Shown one piece after another: positions 20,403 through 30,420 of a stretch of 64,000 nucleotides of DNA. Below the pieces are notes generated by a model that did not search any database, was not told the origin of the DNA, and saw only the letters and a list, made by a program, of their open reading frames with translations. A program made the translations under genes and the position numbers. Source of the stretch: an uncultured Nitrospiraceae bacterium (GTDB lineage Bacteria; Nitrospirota; Thermodesulfovibrionia; Thermodesulfovibrionales; Dissulfurispiraceae); NCBI GenBank assembly GCA_963705105.1, contig CAVPIW010000006.1, forward strand, positions 1,024,001 to 1,088,000, in the 5' to 3' direction. Each line of letters opens with the position of its first letter. The first letter of the stretch is position 1.

Positions 20403-22445
20403 ATGAACACACAGGAACCGCAGGACCAGAAAAACATGATCATCGTCAGGCCGGGGATGTCCCCCCGCGATATCGTCGGGGCCGTGAGGTCTCTCAACGG
20501 GGTGATGTTCACCTCCGTCGGCATGCGCGACGCCGGACAGTCGGACTTCAAGAACCGTCATCGCCTGTACGACCTCAAGACGCTCGCTCCCTTCTATGAA
20601 CGGATGGGGCTTTTCAGCGCAGAATGCCACGGCGGCGCGCGGTGGCACGTTGGTGTCATGAACCGCCGGGAAAGCCCCTTCGAAGAGATTGCCGTGCTGA
20701 GGGAGCTCATGCCGGACGTGCTCCTCCAGACGCTGATCAGGGAGACGAACCTCTTCGGGTACCGTCCCTATCCGAAAAACGTCATCGAGCACGTCGTTTC
20801 CGTCGTCGACATCGACGTCTGGCGGTGCTTCTCCTTCCTGAACGACGTGCGCAACATGAGAAGCGTCGCCGAAGTGGTGATGAAGAGGGAGCGTCTCTTC
20901 GAGCCCTCCATCTCCTTCACGACGGCTGACTGGGCGACGAACGACTACTACCTCGGTGTGGTGCGGGACATCGTGGACCTCTGCGGCGGCGTCGGGGAGA
21001 TCGTCCTCTGCGTGAAGGACATGGCCGGCGTCGGCAGCATCACCCGCATCGGCAACCTCATTGACGCGATCAAGCAGAGCTTCCCCGAGATCGTGATCCA
21101 GTACCACCGCCACATAACGGACGGGCTCGCCATGCCGGCCCTCCTCTCGGCCGCCAAGGCGGGGGCGAAGATCGTCGACGTGCAGGAGGACTCCCTCGTG
21201 CGGTTTTACGGGCACAGCCCCATTCTCGCCGTCCAGGCCTTCTTCGAAGAGTCGGGCATCCCTGTCCATCTCGACAGGCGCGAAGCGGAATCGGCGGTCC
21301 GGAAGGTGAGGGAGTGGATCGGTTTCTATGACTGGGCCGAGTCGCCCTTCAAGGGCTTCGACCATACCGTCACGTATCACAAGATGCCCGGAGGCGCCTT
21401 TCCGAGCTCCTTCGAGCAGGCGGCGAAGGGGGAGTTCCTCCACTTCATGCCGGCGATCCTGAAGATGATGTCCCTGTACAACAGGATCATCCATTACTTC
21501 GACGTGACGCCGGGGTCGCAGATCACCTGGGTCACCTGCAGCGGCATCGTCAACCGCTACGCAAAGGAGCGGGGCGAATCGGGGGTACAACACCTCCTCG
21601 ACCTGCTGACGCGCTTCATCGACGAGAGGTCCCTGGACTTTAACGCCATGGAGCCCCACGAGCAGGACGAGCTGCTCGGACTGTTCAGCCACGCACCCGG
21701 CGACTTCAAGAACCTCCTGCTGGGCCATTACGGGAAGCTCCCGATGGGATGGCCCCCCGATTGGGTCTACCGGAGCACCTTCGGCGCCGACTGGAAGAAG
21801 AAGATCAAGGAGCGCAGGGAGACATCACCGCTGGATCTCGTCAAGGATGACGATCTCGGCAGGCTGCGGAGGGAGTTGTCAGAAACGCTCGGCAGGATCC
21901 CGACGGAGGAGGAGTTCATCCTCTTTCTCATGCATCCCAAGGACGCCGTCGAGTACTTCGCCTTCCGGGAGAAGTACGGCGAGGCCCCCCTCGTTCTGCC
22001 CACCGACGTCTGGCATGAGGGCCTCAGGAAACAGGGCGAACGGGTGGACTTCGAGCTCTGGGGGAAACCCTATACGATCGAACTTCTGTCCGTGGGCGCC
22101 GAGCATGACGGCGTCATTCATGTGGTGATGAGGGTGAACAACAAGACCCGCGTGTACACCGTCGAGACGCCGAGGGCGAAAAAGGCCGAAATACGCATGG
22201 CAAAGGGGCCCCTCGACATCGGCACGCCGATCAACGGTACGGTCTGGAGGATCGGCAACCCTCAGAGAGGGACCATCAGGACAGGCGACATCGTCCACAA
22301 GGGAGAAGAGATCGCCAACATCGAGGCGATGAAGATGGAGAACGCCATCGTCGCGCCCTTCGACGGCCAGATCTCCGAAATCTGCATCAAGCTTAACGAC
22401 CAGGTGCAGGAGGGGCAGCTGCTCTTCGTCCTCGAAAAGTCATGA
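20403..22445 (+). CDS. Carboxyltransferase-BCCP subunit (pyruvate carboxylase B-like, divergent)
   Basis: RDAGQS, KDMAG, MPGG, VTPGS, EAMKM biotin site. Confidence 0.85.
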   Translation: MNTQEPQDQKNMIIVRPGMSPRDIVGAVRSLNGVMFTSVGMRDAGQSDFKNRHRLYDLKTLAPFYERMGLFSAECHGGARWHVGVMNRRESPFEEIAVLRELMPDVLLQTLIRETNLFGYRPYPKNVIEHVVSVVDIDVWRCFSFLNDVRNMRSVAEVVMKRERLFEPSISFTTADWATNDYYLGVVRDIVDLCGGVGEIVLCVKDMAGVGSITRIGNLIDAIKQSFPEIVIQYHRHITDGLAMPALLSAAKAGAKIVDVQEDSLVRFYGHSPILAVQAFFEESGIPVHLDRREAESAVRKVREWIGFYDWAESPFKGFDHTVTYHKMPGGAFPSSFEQAAKGEFLHFMPAILKMMSLYNRIIHYFDVTPGSQITWVTCSGIVNRYAKERGESGVQHLLDLLTRFIDERSLDFNAMEPHEQDELLGLFSHAPGDFKNLLLGHYGKLPMGWPPDWVYRSTFGADWKKKIKERRETSPLDLVKDDDLGRLRRELSETLGRIPTEEEFILFLMHPKDAVEYFAFREKYGEAPLVLPTDVWHEGLRKQGERVDFELWGKPYTIELLSVGAEHDGVIHVVMRVNNKTRVYTVETPRAKKAEIRMAKGPLDIGTPINGTVWRIGNPQRGTIRTGDIVHKGEEIANIEAMKMENAIVAPFDGQISEICIKLNDQVQEGQLLFVLEKS

Positions 22446-22466
22446 CGACACGCTGACCCGGATTCC

Positions 22467-23585
22467 TCACTTCTTCTCGAGCCAACGCACGGGGAAGACC
22501 ATCGTGAAGGTCGTCCCCTTTCCCTCTTCGCTCACGACGGCAATCTGCCCGAGGTGCTCGGAGATGATCTGCTTGATGAGGGAAAGGCCCATGCCGAAGC
22601 GCATCTGCTTCGTCGTGAAAAAGGGATCGAAGATCCTCTCGATCACCCCTGCAGGGATGCCCGGTCCTGTATCGGAGATGGTGAGGGTGACGTTGTCCCT
22701 GCCGCCGGCGCTTGCGACGGTGATTGTCCCCCCCGCCGGGATCACCTCGATGGCGTTTCTCAGGAGGTGAAAAATGGCCGCCCGGAGGAGGTTCTTCTGG
22801 GCATTGATCTTAAGCGGCTCCTCGGAGAGCCGGACATCGATTTTGCCGCCCTTCTCGCCGGCTTCCCTCTCTATTATCGCAATGACATCCCGGAGAATGC
22901 CGTTGATGTCCTCGTAGGAAAAAATGTTCTGTCTCGTTTTGAGCACGTTCTCGAATTCACTGACGATGCCCTCAAGTCTTTCCGCCTCCTGCACGACATC
23001 GGCCAGACTCTCCTTCACCGCATCGGAAAGCTGCCGCTCCTTTTCGAGAAGGCGCTTGCAGGTCCTGCCGATGATCATGGCGGGGTTCCTGACACGGTCG
23101 GCCACGGTCAGCCCCATGAGGCTCATCGTCCTCTCCGCGACGAGGGCCTCGAGTTCCTGATTGAACTCTTCGAGGATCCGCTTGTAGTCCTTCTCCATTC
23201 TCGTCAGCCGGTGGTAATTGATCGCCTTCTCGATGGAGTGAAGCAACTGGGGCGGCTTGTAGGGCTTGATGATGAAATCGAAGGCCCCTTTCTTGATCGC
23301 CTCGACGGCCTTCTCGACATCGGCATACGCTGTCATCAGGATCACCGGCACCTCTCCATCGACGGCGTGGATCTGTTCGAGAAGCTCGATGCCTGACACA
23401 TTCGGCATGACGATATCGGTCAGGACGACATCGCACCTGCTTTCGCCGAAAAGCGCCATCGCCTCCGCTGCGTTCTGCGCACCCGTGATCCTGAAGCCGA
23501 ACTGGGTGAGCAGAAGGGTGACCGACTGCAGAACAAAAGGGTCGTCATCGACGATGAGGATCGATCCGGAATGTTTCTCTATCAT
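22467..23585 (-). CDS. REC + atypical HisKA-like + HATPase protein (H-box His replaced by Asp)
   Basis: Receiver (VDDD, TDIVMP, MTAY, KP); TVADRVRNPA; DTGPGI; FDPFFTTK. Confidence 0.88.
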   Translation of the reverse strand: MIEKHSGSILIVDDDPFVLQSVTLLLTQFGFRITGAQNAAEAMALFGESRCDVVLTDIVMPNVSGIELLEQIHAVDGEVPVILMTAYADVEKAVEAIKKGAFDFIIKPYKPPQLLHSIEKAINYHRLTRMEKDYKRILEEFNQELEALVAERTMSLMGLTVADRVRNPAMIIGRTCKRLLEKERQLSDAVKESLADVVQEAERLEGIVSEFENVLKTRQNIFSYEDINGILRDVIAIIEREAGEKGGKIDVRLSEEPLKINAQKNLLRAAIFHLLRNAIEVIPAGGTITVASAGGRDNVTLTISDTGPGIPAGVIERIFDPFFTTKQMRFGMGLSLIKQIISEHLGQIAVVSEEGKGTTFTMVFPVRWLEKK

Positions 23586-26500
23586 GCTTCGAGCACCTGC
23601 CTGACTTTCTTGAGAAGGTCCTTCGGAGTAACGGGTTTTGTGATGAAGTTGATCCCCTCTTCGAGAATTCCCTTCTTATGAATTATATCGGGTGCATAGC
23701 CGCTCGTGAACAGCACCCTGATGCCGGGCTGCATCGCCGCAATCTCCTCGTAAGCCTCCTTGCCGTTTTTCTTCGGCATGATGACATCGAAGAGCAGGAG
23801 CCTGACCGTGTCTTTGTTTTCCTTGAATTTCCTCACGGCGTCTTCACCGTCCACGGCCTCGATCACGTCATAGCCGAACCTCTCGAGCATGGCCTTCGTG
23901 ATCTTCCGCACCTCCGGTTCATCCTCGGCGACGAGAATGGTCTCCGTTCCGCCCTGCAGGGCGGTCTCTTCCTTCAATCCCGCCTTCTGCACATCGCTCT
24001 TGATCAGGGGGAAGTAGATCCTGAACGTCGTGCCCTTCCCGGGCTCGCTGTCAACGTTGATGTATCCGTTGTGCTGCCTGATAATGCCATACACGATGGA
24101 AAGTCCGAGGCCCGTCCCCTTGCCGACCTCCTTGGTTGTGAAGAACGGTTCGAATATGCGCTCTTTCGTCTTTTCGTCCATCCCTACCCCTGTGTCCGTG
24201 ACGGAGATGACGGCGTACGCGCCGGGCTCCCCGAATCCGTAGTGCTGGATGAACTCGGTGTTGATCTCGGCACGGGCCGTCTCGATGGAGAGGACACCGC
24301 CGTCGGGCATCGCGTCGCGGGAATTGGTGACGAGATTCATGAGCACCTGCTCGATCTGACCGCTGTCCCCCATGATCATGAGGTCATCTTCTGCCACCAG
24401 GGTCCGGAGCTCGATATCCTCACCGATGAGCCGGGACAGGAGCTTTTCGACCCTCCTGATGACTTCGTTCACGTCGATCGGCTTCAGGAAGATGATTTGT
24501 TTCCTGCTGAAGGCAAGGAGGCTCTGGGTGAGGTTGGCCGCCTTGTCCGCCAGTGTGAGGATTTGGTCCACATGGGGGCGGGACGGATCATCGTCGCTCA
24601 TGATCATCTGGAGGAGGCTGCCATATCCGATGATCGCGGTCAGGATGTTGTTGAAATCATGAGCAATGCCGCCTGCGAGCTGTCCGACGGCCTCGAGCTT
24701 CTGGGAGTGCCGCAGCTGCTCCTCGAGCCTCTTCTGCTCCGTAATGTCCTCCTGGACTTCGAGGAAATGGGTGATGACGCCCTCACTGCTTCTGATCGGG
24801 GAAATCGACACCGACGCCCAGTAGAGATCGCCGTTCTTTTTCCTGTTGTGGAAGATGCCGCGCCATTCGCCCCCTTTCATGATCGTCTCCCAGAGCTTGC
24901 CGTACTCCTCAGGGGGAGTTTCGCCCGACTTGAGAATGCGCGGGTTCTGACCGAGCACCTCCTCGACGGCGTATCCCGTCATCTGGACGAACCGGGGATT
25001 GACATACTCGATGACCGCCTTCGCATCGGTAATCATCACCGCCGTAGGGCTCTGCTCGACAGCCCTGAAAAGCTTTCTGAGCTGCTGCTCGACGATCTTG
25101 CGCTCCGTGATGTCCGTCAGGATCGAGAGGGCTGCCCGCTCACCCCGGTATGTGATGATCTTCGCCGATGCGAGGACGTCGAAGCCGGTCCCGTCGATGC
25201 GTTTCAACCGCAGTTCGTAATTGTTGACGTAGCCCCGGCTGAGGAGCTCCCACATGAACCTCTCCCGGTCCCGGCGGTCTGCATAAAGATCGTCAATGCT
25301 CATGGCGAGACGGGTTCCCGCGCTGCCGCCGAAGAAGGGCGTCACCAGGCCGTTGCCGAAGAGGATCCGGCCGCTCTCCAGATGGGTGATGAGGACCGGC
25401 AGGGGAATGGATTCGACGAGGGAACGGAAGAGCTCCTCGCTCACCTTGAGCTCCTCCTCGGCCCTCTTCCGTTCCAGGGCGTTGACGAAAATCTCGCCGA
25501 GGAACTTGAGCATCGTGATGTCTTCTTCGAGCCATGTCTTCGTGATCCTGACCTGCTCGACGCCGAGAAACCCCCTGAGCGTTTTACCGTACACCATGGG
25601 GACGATGATCAGGCACTGGATGTCCCGGGAGGCGAAAAAGTCCCTCTCATGAGCGGCGTCGGCGGGCATCTCTGCGATCCTGTGAATATGAATGCTCTCG
25701 AACCCCCGGAGCTTTCTCACGAGCCATGGGAAGTCCGCGACGTCCATGACCGACGGGACGCCGCTGTCGGCCCTGGCGCTGTTCCCCGACCATTCATGGC
25801 TCCGTGAGAGCGTCGAGCCGTCGGCGCTGAAAAGAAACACATAACCCCTGTCGATGCCGGCGAATTCGCCGATCGTCTGCAGGGCCTTTCGGATGCCGCC
25901 GTCGATCTCCAGGAGCGAGAGGTTGATGAAGTTCGTTGAGATCGTGGCGATGTGTTTCTCCATCGTCGCGCGGTACTGGAGCTCGCGGTTCGCCTCGGCC
26001 AGTTCCTGGCGGGAAAAGCGCAGGTCGTCGGCGATCTGCTTGATCGACTGCGAGATCTCTTCGCGCTCCTTTTCGGTCAGGACAAACCTGTTGCCGCAGA
26101 TGATGGCGGCCATGGACGATCCGATGGCGCCGGAAAGGATGCGTTCGGCCTCGTTCCTCAGCTCATGGATATCACGGGATGTCAGCTCCTCCCTCGACTT
26201 CCCCTTGCGGTCGACAAAATTCCTGACTGCCTCGTGGGCCTCCATTTTGCCGAGGTACTGGCCGAGGATCGCCTCGACGTCCCTGATGTCATAGGTGCCG
26301 ACTCCGATCTGCCTCACCTTCTCGTAGGACTCGACGAAGATGAGGGACTGGATCTCCTCGTCCTTGGTCTGCTTCGTCATGATCGACAGTCCGATGTAGC
26401 AGAGAAGATTGAATAGCAGGCTCCACAGGAGGGAGTGGCTCCATTTTCCGAGCCCGGTGATGCCGAAGAGGCTGTTGGGGTTGAACATCTCCGAGCCGAC

Positions 26501-27910
26501 AATGCCGCCCATCAGGCCGGCGCTCTCGATGAGTCCCGCCTTCATGAGGGCCGGGACGAGGAGGGTGTAAAACCAGATGATGAAACCCGCCGTGATGCCG
26601 GCAATGGCGCCCGTGCGGTTTCCCTTTTTCCAGTAGAGCCCGAGAATGAAGGCGGGAGCGAAGAGCGTGACCGCCTCGAAGGACTTGAGCCCCATGTCGA
26701 CGAGGCTGTAGAACTCTCCGACAAGGACCGCGAAGAGATAGCCGAGAAAGACGATGGCGAGGATCACCATGCGCTTGATGTTCAGGATGATCGCCGGAAA
26801 CCGGGCCGCCTCATGATAACGGACGAGGGTCGGCATGATTATGCTGTTCATGACCATCGTGCTCAGTGCCAGGGCCTCGACGATGACCATGCCGATGGCT
26901 GCCGAGAACCCCCCGATAAAGACGAAGAGCGACAAAAGCTGCTGCCCGTGGCTCAGAGGAATTGTCAGGACGAAGGAGTCCGCTTCCGCCGGCGTTCCGC
27001 CGAGGAGCAGGCCGCCGAGGGCGATGGGCAGGACGAAAATGTTTATCAGGAGCAGGTACAGGGGGAAGAGCCAGGCCGCCTTCGAGATATGGGCCTCGTC
27101 GTAATTCTCCACCACCGCCATCTGAAACTGCCGGGGAAGAAACATGATCGCCATCATCGAAATCAGGAGGAGCGCGAACCACTCGCCGTAATCGGTCCCG
27201 CTCCCCGGCCCGAGTGAGAGAAGCGACGCATTGACCGTCCCCTGGACCCGGAAGAAGATATCGAGGAAACCGTCGAAGAGGTGATAGGTGACGAAGATGC
27301 CGACGAGGAGAAAAGCCGCGAGCTTCACGATCGATTCAAAGGCGATGGCGAAGACGAGGCCGCTGTGGCGCTCCGACTGTTGGAGGCTCCGCGCCCCGAA
27401 GATGACGGCGAAGACCCCGAGAATCAGAGTAATGAACAGCCCTGCGGCGATGCTGACCGTTGTCTTCCCCGTGATGATCGTCAGGGTGGTGATGATCGCC
27501 TTGATCTGGAGTCCCATGTACGGCGTGATCCCGATGACGGCGACGATGGCGGTGAGGGCCGACAGTGCCAGGGACTGACCGTACCGGGAGCCGAAAAAGT
27601 CCGAAATGGTGGTGATCCTGTTCGCCCGGGCGATCCTGACGACTTTCCGGAGAATGACAAGCCAGAGGGTTGCCATGAGGGTCGGTCCGAGGTACACGGG
27701 CAGAAAAGAGAGTCCCGAGGTGGCCGCTTTTCCGACGCTGCCGTAAAAAGTCCAGGATGTGCAATATACAGCGAGAGACAAAGAATAAATATAGGGGTTG
27801 TTGACGATACTCCGGCCTTCCTGCTCTCTCTTCTCTGCGTAATAGGCGGCGGCGAAGAGAAAGAGGAGGTAACAGAAGACGATGAAGAAGAGACTGAATG
27901 GTTCAAACAC
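23582..27910 (-). CDS. CrbS/CbrA-like sensor: SLC5-STAC-GAF-PAS-PAS-HisKA-HATPase-REC
   Basis: YSLSLAVYCTSWTFYGSVG, LPRQF; STAC-like AERILSGAIGSSMA; IAHDFNNIL; GTGLGL; C-terminal receiver. Confidence 0.9.
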   Translation of the reverse strand: MFEPFSLFFIVFCYLLFLFAAAYYAEKREQEGRSIVNNPYIYSLSLAVYCTSWTFYGSVGKAATSGLSFLPVYLGPTLMATLWLVILRKVVRIARANRITTISDFFGSRYGQSLALSALTAIVAVIGITPYMGLQIKAIITTLTIITGKTTVSIAAGLFITLILGVFAVIFGARSLQQSERHSGLVFAIAFESIVKLAAFLLVGIFVTYHLFDGFLDIFFRVQGTVNASLLSLGPGSGTDYGEWFALLLISMMAIMFLPRQFQMAVVENYDEAHISKAAWLFPLYLLLINIFVLPIALGGLLLGGTPAEADSFVLTIPLSHGQQLLSLFVFIGGFSAAIGMVIVEALALSTMVMNSIIMPTLVRYHEAARFPAIILNIKRMVILAIVFLGYLFAVLVGEFYSLVDMGLKSFEAVTLFAPAFILGLYWKKGNRTGAIAGITAGFIIWFYTLLVPALMKAGLIESAGLMGGIVGSEMFNPNSLFGITGLGKWSHSLLWSLLFNLLCYIGLSIMTKQTKDEEIQSLIFVESYEKVRQIGVGTYDIRDVEAILGQYLGKMEAHEAVRNFVDRKGKSREELTSRDIHELRNEAERILSGAIGSSMAAIICGNRFVLTEKEREEISQSIKQIADDLRFSRQELAEANRELQYRATMEKHIATISTNFINLSLLEIDGGIRKALQTIGEFAGIDRGYVFLFSADGSTLSRSHEWSGNSARADSGVPSVMDVADFPWLVRKLRGFESIHIHRIAEMPADAAHERDFFASRDIQCLIIVPMVYGKTLRGFLGVEQVRITKTWLEEDITMLKFLGEIFVNALERKRAEEELKVSEELFRSLVESIPLPVLITHLESGRILFGNGLVTPFFGGSAGTRLAMSIDDLYADRRDRERFMWELLSRGYVNNYELRLKRIDGTGFDVLASAKIITYRGERAALSILTDITERKIVEQQLRKLFRAVEQSPTAVMITDAKAVIEYVNPRFVQMTGYAVEEVLGQNPRILKSGETPPEEYGKLWETIMKGGEWRGIFHNRKKNGDLYWASVSISPIRSSEGVITHFLEVQEDITEQKRLEEQLRHSQKLEAVGQLAGGIAHDFNNILTAIIGYGSLLQMIMSDDDPSRPHVDQILTLADKAANLTQSLLAFSRKQIIFLKPIDVNEVIRRVEKLLSRLIGEDIELRTLVAEDDLMIMGDSGQIEQVLMNLVTNSRDAMPDGGVLSIETARAEINTEFIQHYGFGEPGAYAVISVTDTGVGMDEKTKERIFEPFFTTKEVGKGTGLGLSIVYGIIRQHNGYINVDSEPGKGTTFRIYFPLIKSDVQKAGLKEETALQGGTETILVAEDEPEVRKITKAMLERFGYDVIEAVDGEDAVRKFKENKDTVRLLLFDVIMPKKNGKEAYEEIAAMQPGIRVLFTSGYAPDIIHKKGILEEGINFITKPVTPKDLLKKVRQVLEA

Positions 27911-27961
27911 CCGTCACACCGGAAGTCTCAGGGTTTCGTTATTTTCATTTGCCTGCCCCCT

Positions 27962-28156
27962 TGCCTTACACACTCCCGGGAAAGGCGGGGCGTATACGCC
28001 GAAAACCTTGATGCGGCGACACCTTACCCGTCACAGAAGGCAGTGTTTCGAACCAATGGTCGAAGAAATGAGCCTTTTTCCCGACACTCACACTGTCACT
28101 GACACTCACACTTTTTTTTAGAGTGCTTCGCCCCTCCTTTCTATGCAACTGCAAGG
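27962..28156 (-). mobile_element. MITE copy, one end degenerate
   Basis: cactcccgggaaaggcggggcg...gacactcacactgtcactgacac...tgcaactgcaagg. Confidence 0.75.
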
Positions 28157-28178
28157 TTTACTCCGGGTCAATGTCACG

Positions 28179-28355
28179 TCATGTCCGCCTGTCGCCGTCC
28201 GATTTCCGCGTCGAAAACGCTATAAGGGCGATTATGACGATCCAGACGCCGAAGAGGTACACAACCGTCTCGCGACGGAAGATCTCCAGGAGCGGCCAGT
28301 TGAGACCGACGAGCCCCAGGATAAAAATGAATACCCATATTTCCGTTCTTTTCAT
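28179..28355 (-). CDS. Small two-TM protein upstream of the SLC5 kinase
   Basis: MKRTEIWVFIFILGLVGLNWPLL..YLFGVW; SD GGTGAAGGG. Confidence 0.7.
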   Translation of the reverse strand: MKRTEIWVFIFILGLVGLNWPLLEIFRRETVVYLFGVWIVIIALIAFSTRKSDGDRRT

Positions 28356-28511
28356 CCCTTCACCCTCTCCGGAGCCCGTCATTCAGCGGCATTCGACCCT
28401 TTTTAAGCAAACTATACCATAAAAAAAGGGCCGATGCAAAAAAGCGGCAAGGCAGTGGCAGTGTGAGTGTCAGTGTAAGTAAAAGGGCCGCGTTATTCAA
28501 ACATGCGCCTG

Positions 28512-28886
28512 AACGACGCCCTTTGGTTCGGCATGGTGACCCGTTGAACACAAGACGAACAACCTCACACTCACACTGACACTGCTCGTCTCTTTACCTT
28601 ATCGTTGCAATAAGACATCCGGAAGGGCGGGGCGAAGATGCCGAAAAGTCTTGGTGCTGAGAAACCTTTGCCTTCCCATACGGATGATGCCAGGCTGACG
28701 GTTGATGACACAAAGGGTGGAATCCCGAAGTCCAATCTCAAATGATCATGCTCGCTATCAGCAAGGCTTTGAGGCACTTCGCCCCGCCTTTTCATGCAAC
28801 TCGACGGTAAACGACGCCCTTTGGTTCGGCATGGTGACCAGTTGAAAACAAGACGAACAACCTCACACTCACACTGACACTGTTCG
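28512..28886. repeat. 77-bp direct repeats (28512-28588, 28810-28886) bracketing a MITE
   Basis: Two copies with 3 mismatches. Confidence 0.9.
28597..28807 (-). mobile_element. MITE copy (subfamily 2 ends)
   Basis: ccttatcgttgca...cagcaaggctttgaggcacttcgccccgccttttcatgcaactcgacgg. Confidence 0.8.
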
Positions 28887-30380
28887 CTACTCCTTTTCCA
28901 TCCACCGGACGGGGAAAACCATGGTCAAGGCGGTCCCCTTGCCCGGCTCGCTCTCGACCCTGAGCTCCCCGAGGTGCTCGGACACGACCTGTTTGACGAT
29001 GGGCAGTCCCATGCCGAACCGGAACTGTTTCGTACTGAAGAAGGGATCGAAAATTTTCTCGATATCCTCTTGCCCAATGCCCGGGCCGGTGTCCGATACG
29101 CCCAGGGACACCGTTTCGCGGTCAGCCTTCGTGGTGACCGTGATCTCACCCCCGGCGGGAGTCGCCTCGATGGCATTGCGGATGACGTGGAAGATGGCGA
29201 CGCGGAGCAGGTTTCTCTGCGTGTTGATCTTGAGCGGTCCCTCCGCGAGTTTCACCACCACGGAGACCCCCTTGTCGAGCGCCTCTTTTTCTATGGCGGA
29301 CATGACGACACTGACGATGGCGTTCATGTCCTCATAGCGGAACATGGACTTCTTGCTCTTCAGGAGGGTCTCAAAGTTCCTGACGATGGTCTCGAGCTTT
29401 TCCGACTCTTCGATGACGCTCTTCAGTTCATCTTGGAGGGTCTCGGGCAGGCGGCCCTTTTGAATAAGGCGCTTGCAGGTCCAGCTGATCACAGAGGCGG
29501 GATTTCGCACTTTGTCTGCAACGGTGAGGGCCATGACGCTCATGGTCCTCTCGGCGATAAGCGTCTCCAGTTCCTCGTTCAGCTCCGTCAGGTCGGCATT
29601 GATCGCCTCTATCTTTTTCCTGCTGCCCTCGACCTGATTATAGAGGTTCGTGAAACGAACATGGATGATGAGAAAAACGGCGCTGAAGAAAATCGTGTAG
29701 AGACCGACGAAAATCCCGACGCTCTTTTTTGCCGCGGCAAGGGGCACCTCGATCGGTATGTAGACGATCTTGGCGTCGATCAATTCCCCGACGGTCCTGC
29801 CGAAGCCGGCCAGTTTTCCGTACCTCGTGACGACTTCCGCGGGCGCCGCCGAAGGATCGCCGTGACAGTACAGGCAGGCGCTGTCGATCGGCTCCCCGGG
29901 CCGGGCCAGGACGTAGTACTGTTCGCCGTCCTTCGTCCTGAACCCCTGCCAGTCCCTGATTTTACGGTCCCTGATAAAAGTCCTGATGACGTCGGCCTCG
30001 AAGTCGTCAGCGAGATTCAGGGGGTTCATGGGGTTCGACAGGGCGGCGTTCTTGTACTTGAACCCCCCGTATTCGCTGTAAATCCTCCGGGCGATGCTGT
30101 TCGCCACGTAGGAACGCGACATCCCCTCGAGCACGAATTTTCCGGGAATGGCCCGGTAGAGGGACGGCCTCAGTTCGTCGGCGACGTAGTGCTTCGTCGC
30201 CTCGACGGAGGTCAGGTAGAGTTTCCCGGTGGTGTAGGCGTCACTGATCGCGTTGTCCCTCAGGATGAAATACGTTATGGACGATATGATCGGGACGGAG
30301 ACGATATAGATGACGATGAGCAGGAGGAGGAACTTCCTCCTCGGATCGATGATCGGCGGGATGCCTGAACGGGTCGTCAT
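28887..30380 (-). CDS. DUF3365 (heme-c CxxCH) membrane sensor with atypical HisKA-like/HATPase
   Basis: NPMNPLNLADDFE, CLYCHG, TVADKVRNPA, DTGPGI. Confidence 0.85.
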   Translation of the reverse strand: MTTRSGIPPIIDPRRKFLLLLIVIYIVSVPIISSITYFILRDNAISDAYTTGKLYLTSVEATKHYVADELRPSLYRAIPGKFVLEGMSRSYVANSIARRIYSEYGGFKYKNAALSNPMNPLNLADDFEADVIRTFIRDRKIRDWQGFRTKDGEQYYVLARPGEPIDSACLYCHGDPSAAPAEVVTRYGKLAGFGRTVGELIDAKIVYIPIEVPLAAAKKSVGIFVGLYTIFFSAVFLIIHVRFTNLYNQVEGSRKKIEAINADLTELNEELETLIAERTMSVMALTVADKVRNPASVISWTCKRLIQKGRLPETLQDELKSVIEESEKLETIVRNFETLLKSKKSMFRYEDMNAIVSVVMSAIEKEALDKGVSVVVKLAEGPLKINTQRNLLRVAIFHVIRNAIEATPAGGEITVTTKADRETVSLGVSDTGPGIGQEDIEKIFDPFFSTKQFRFGMGLPIVKQVVSEHLGELRVESEPGKGTALTMVFPVRWMEKE

Positions 30381-30420
30381 GCCCTCTCATTGCCGGTGAC
30401 GGTCGTCACCGGGCGTCTCC

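Noticed and set aside
23678..25807. Long antisense ORFs (also 28974-30368, 30589-32094, 47722-49383, 56484-58307, 20310-21728)
   Set aside because: Shadow frames of high-GC genes on the opposite strand with no recognisable motifs.
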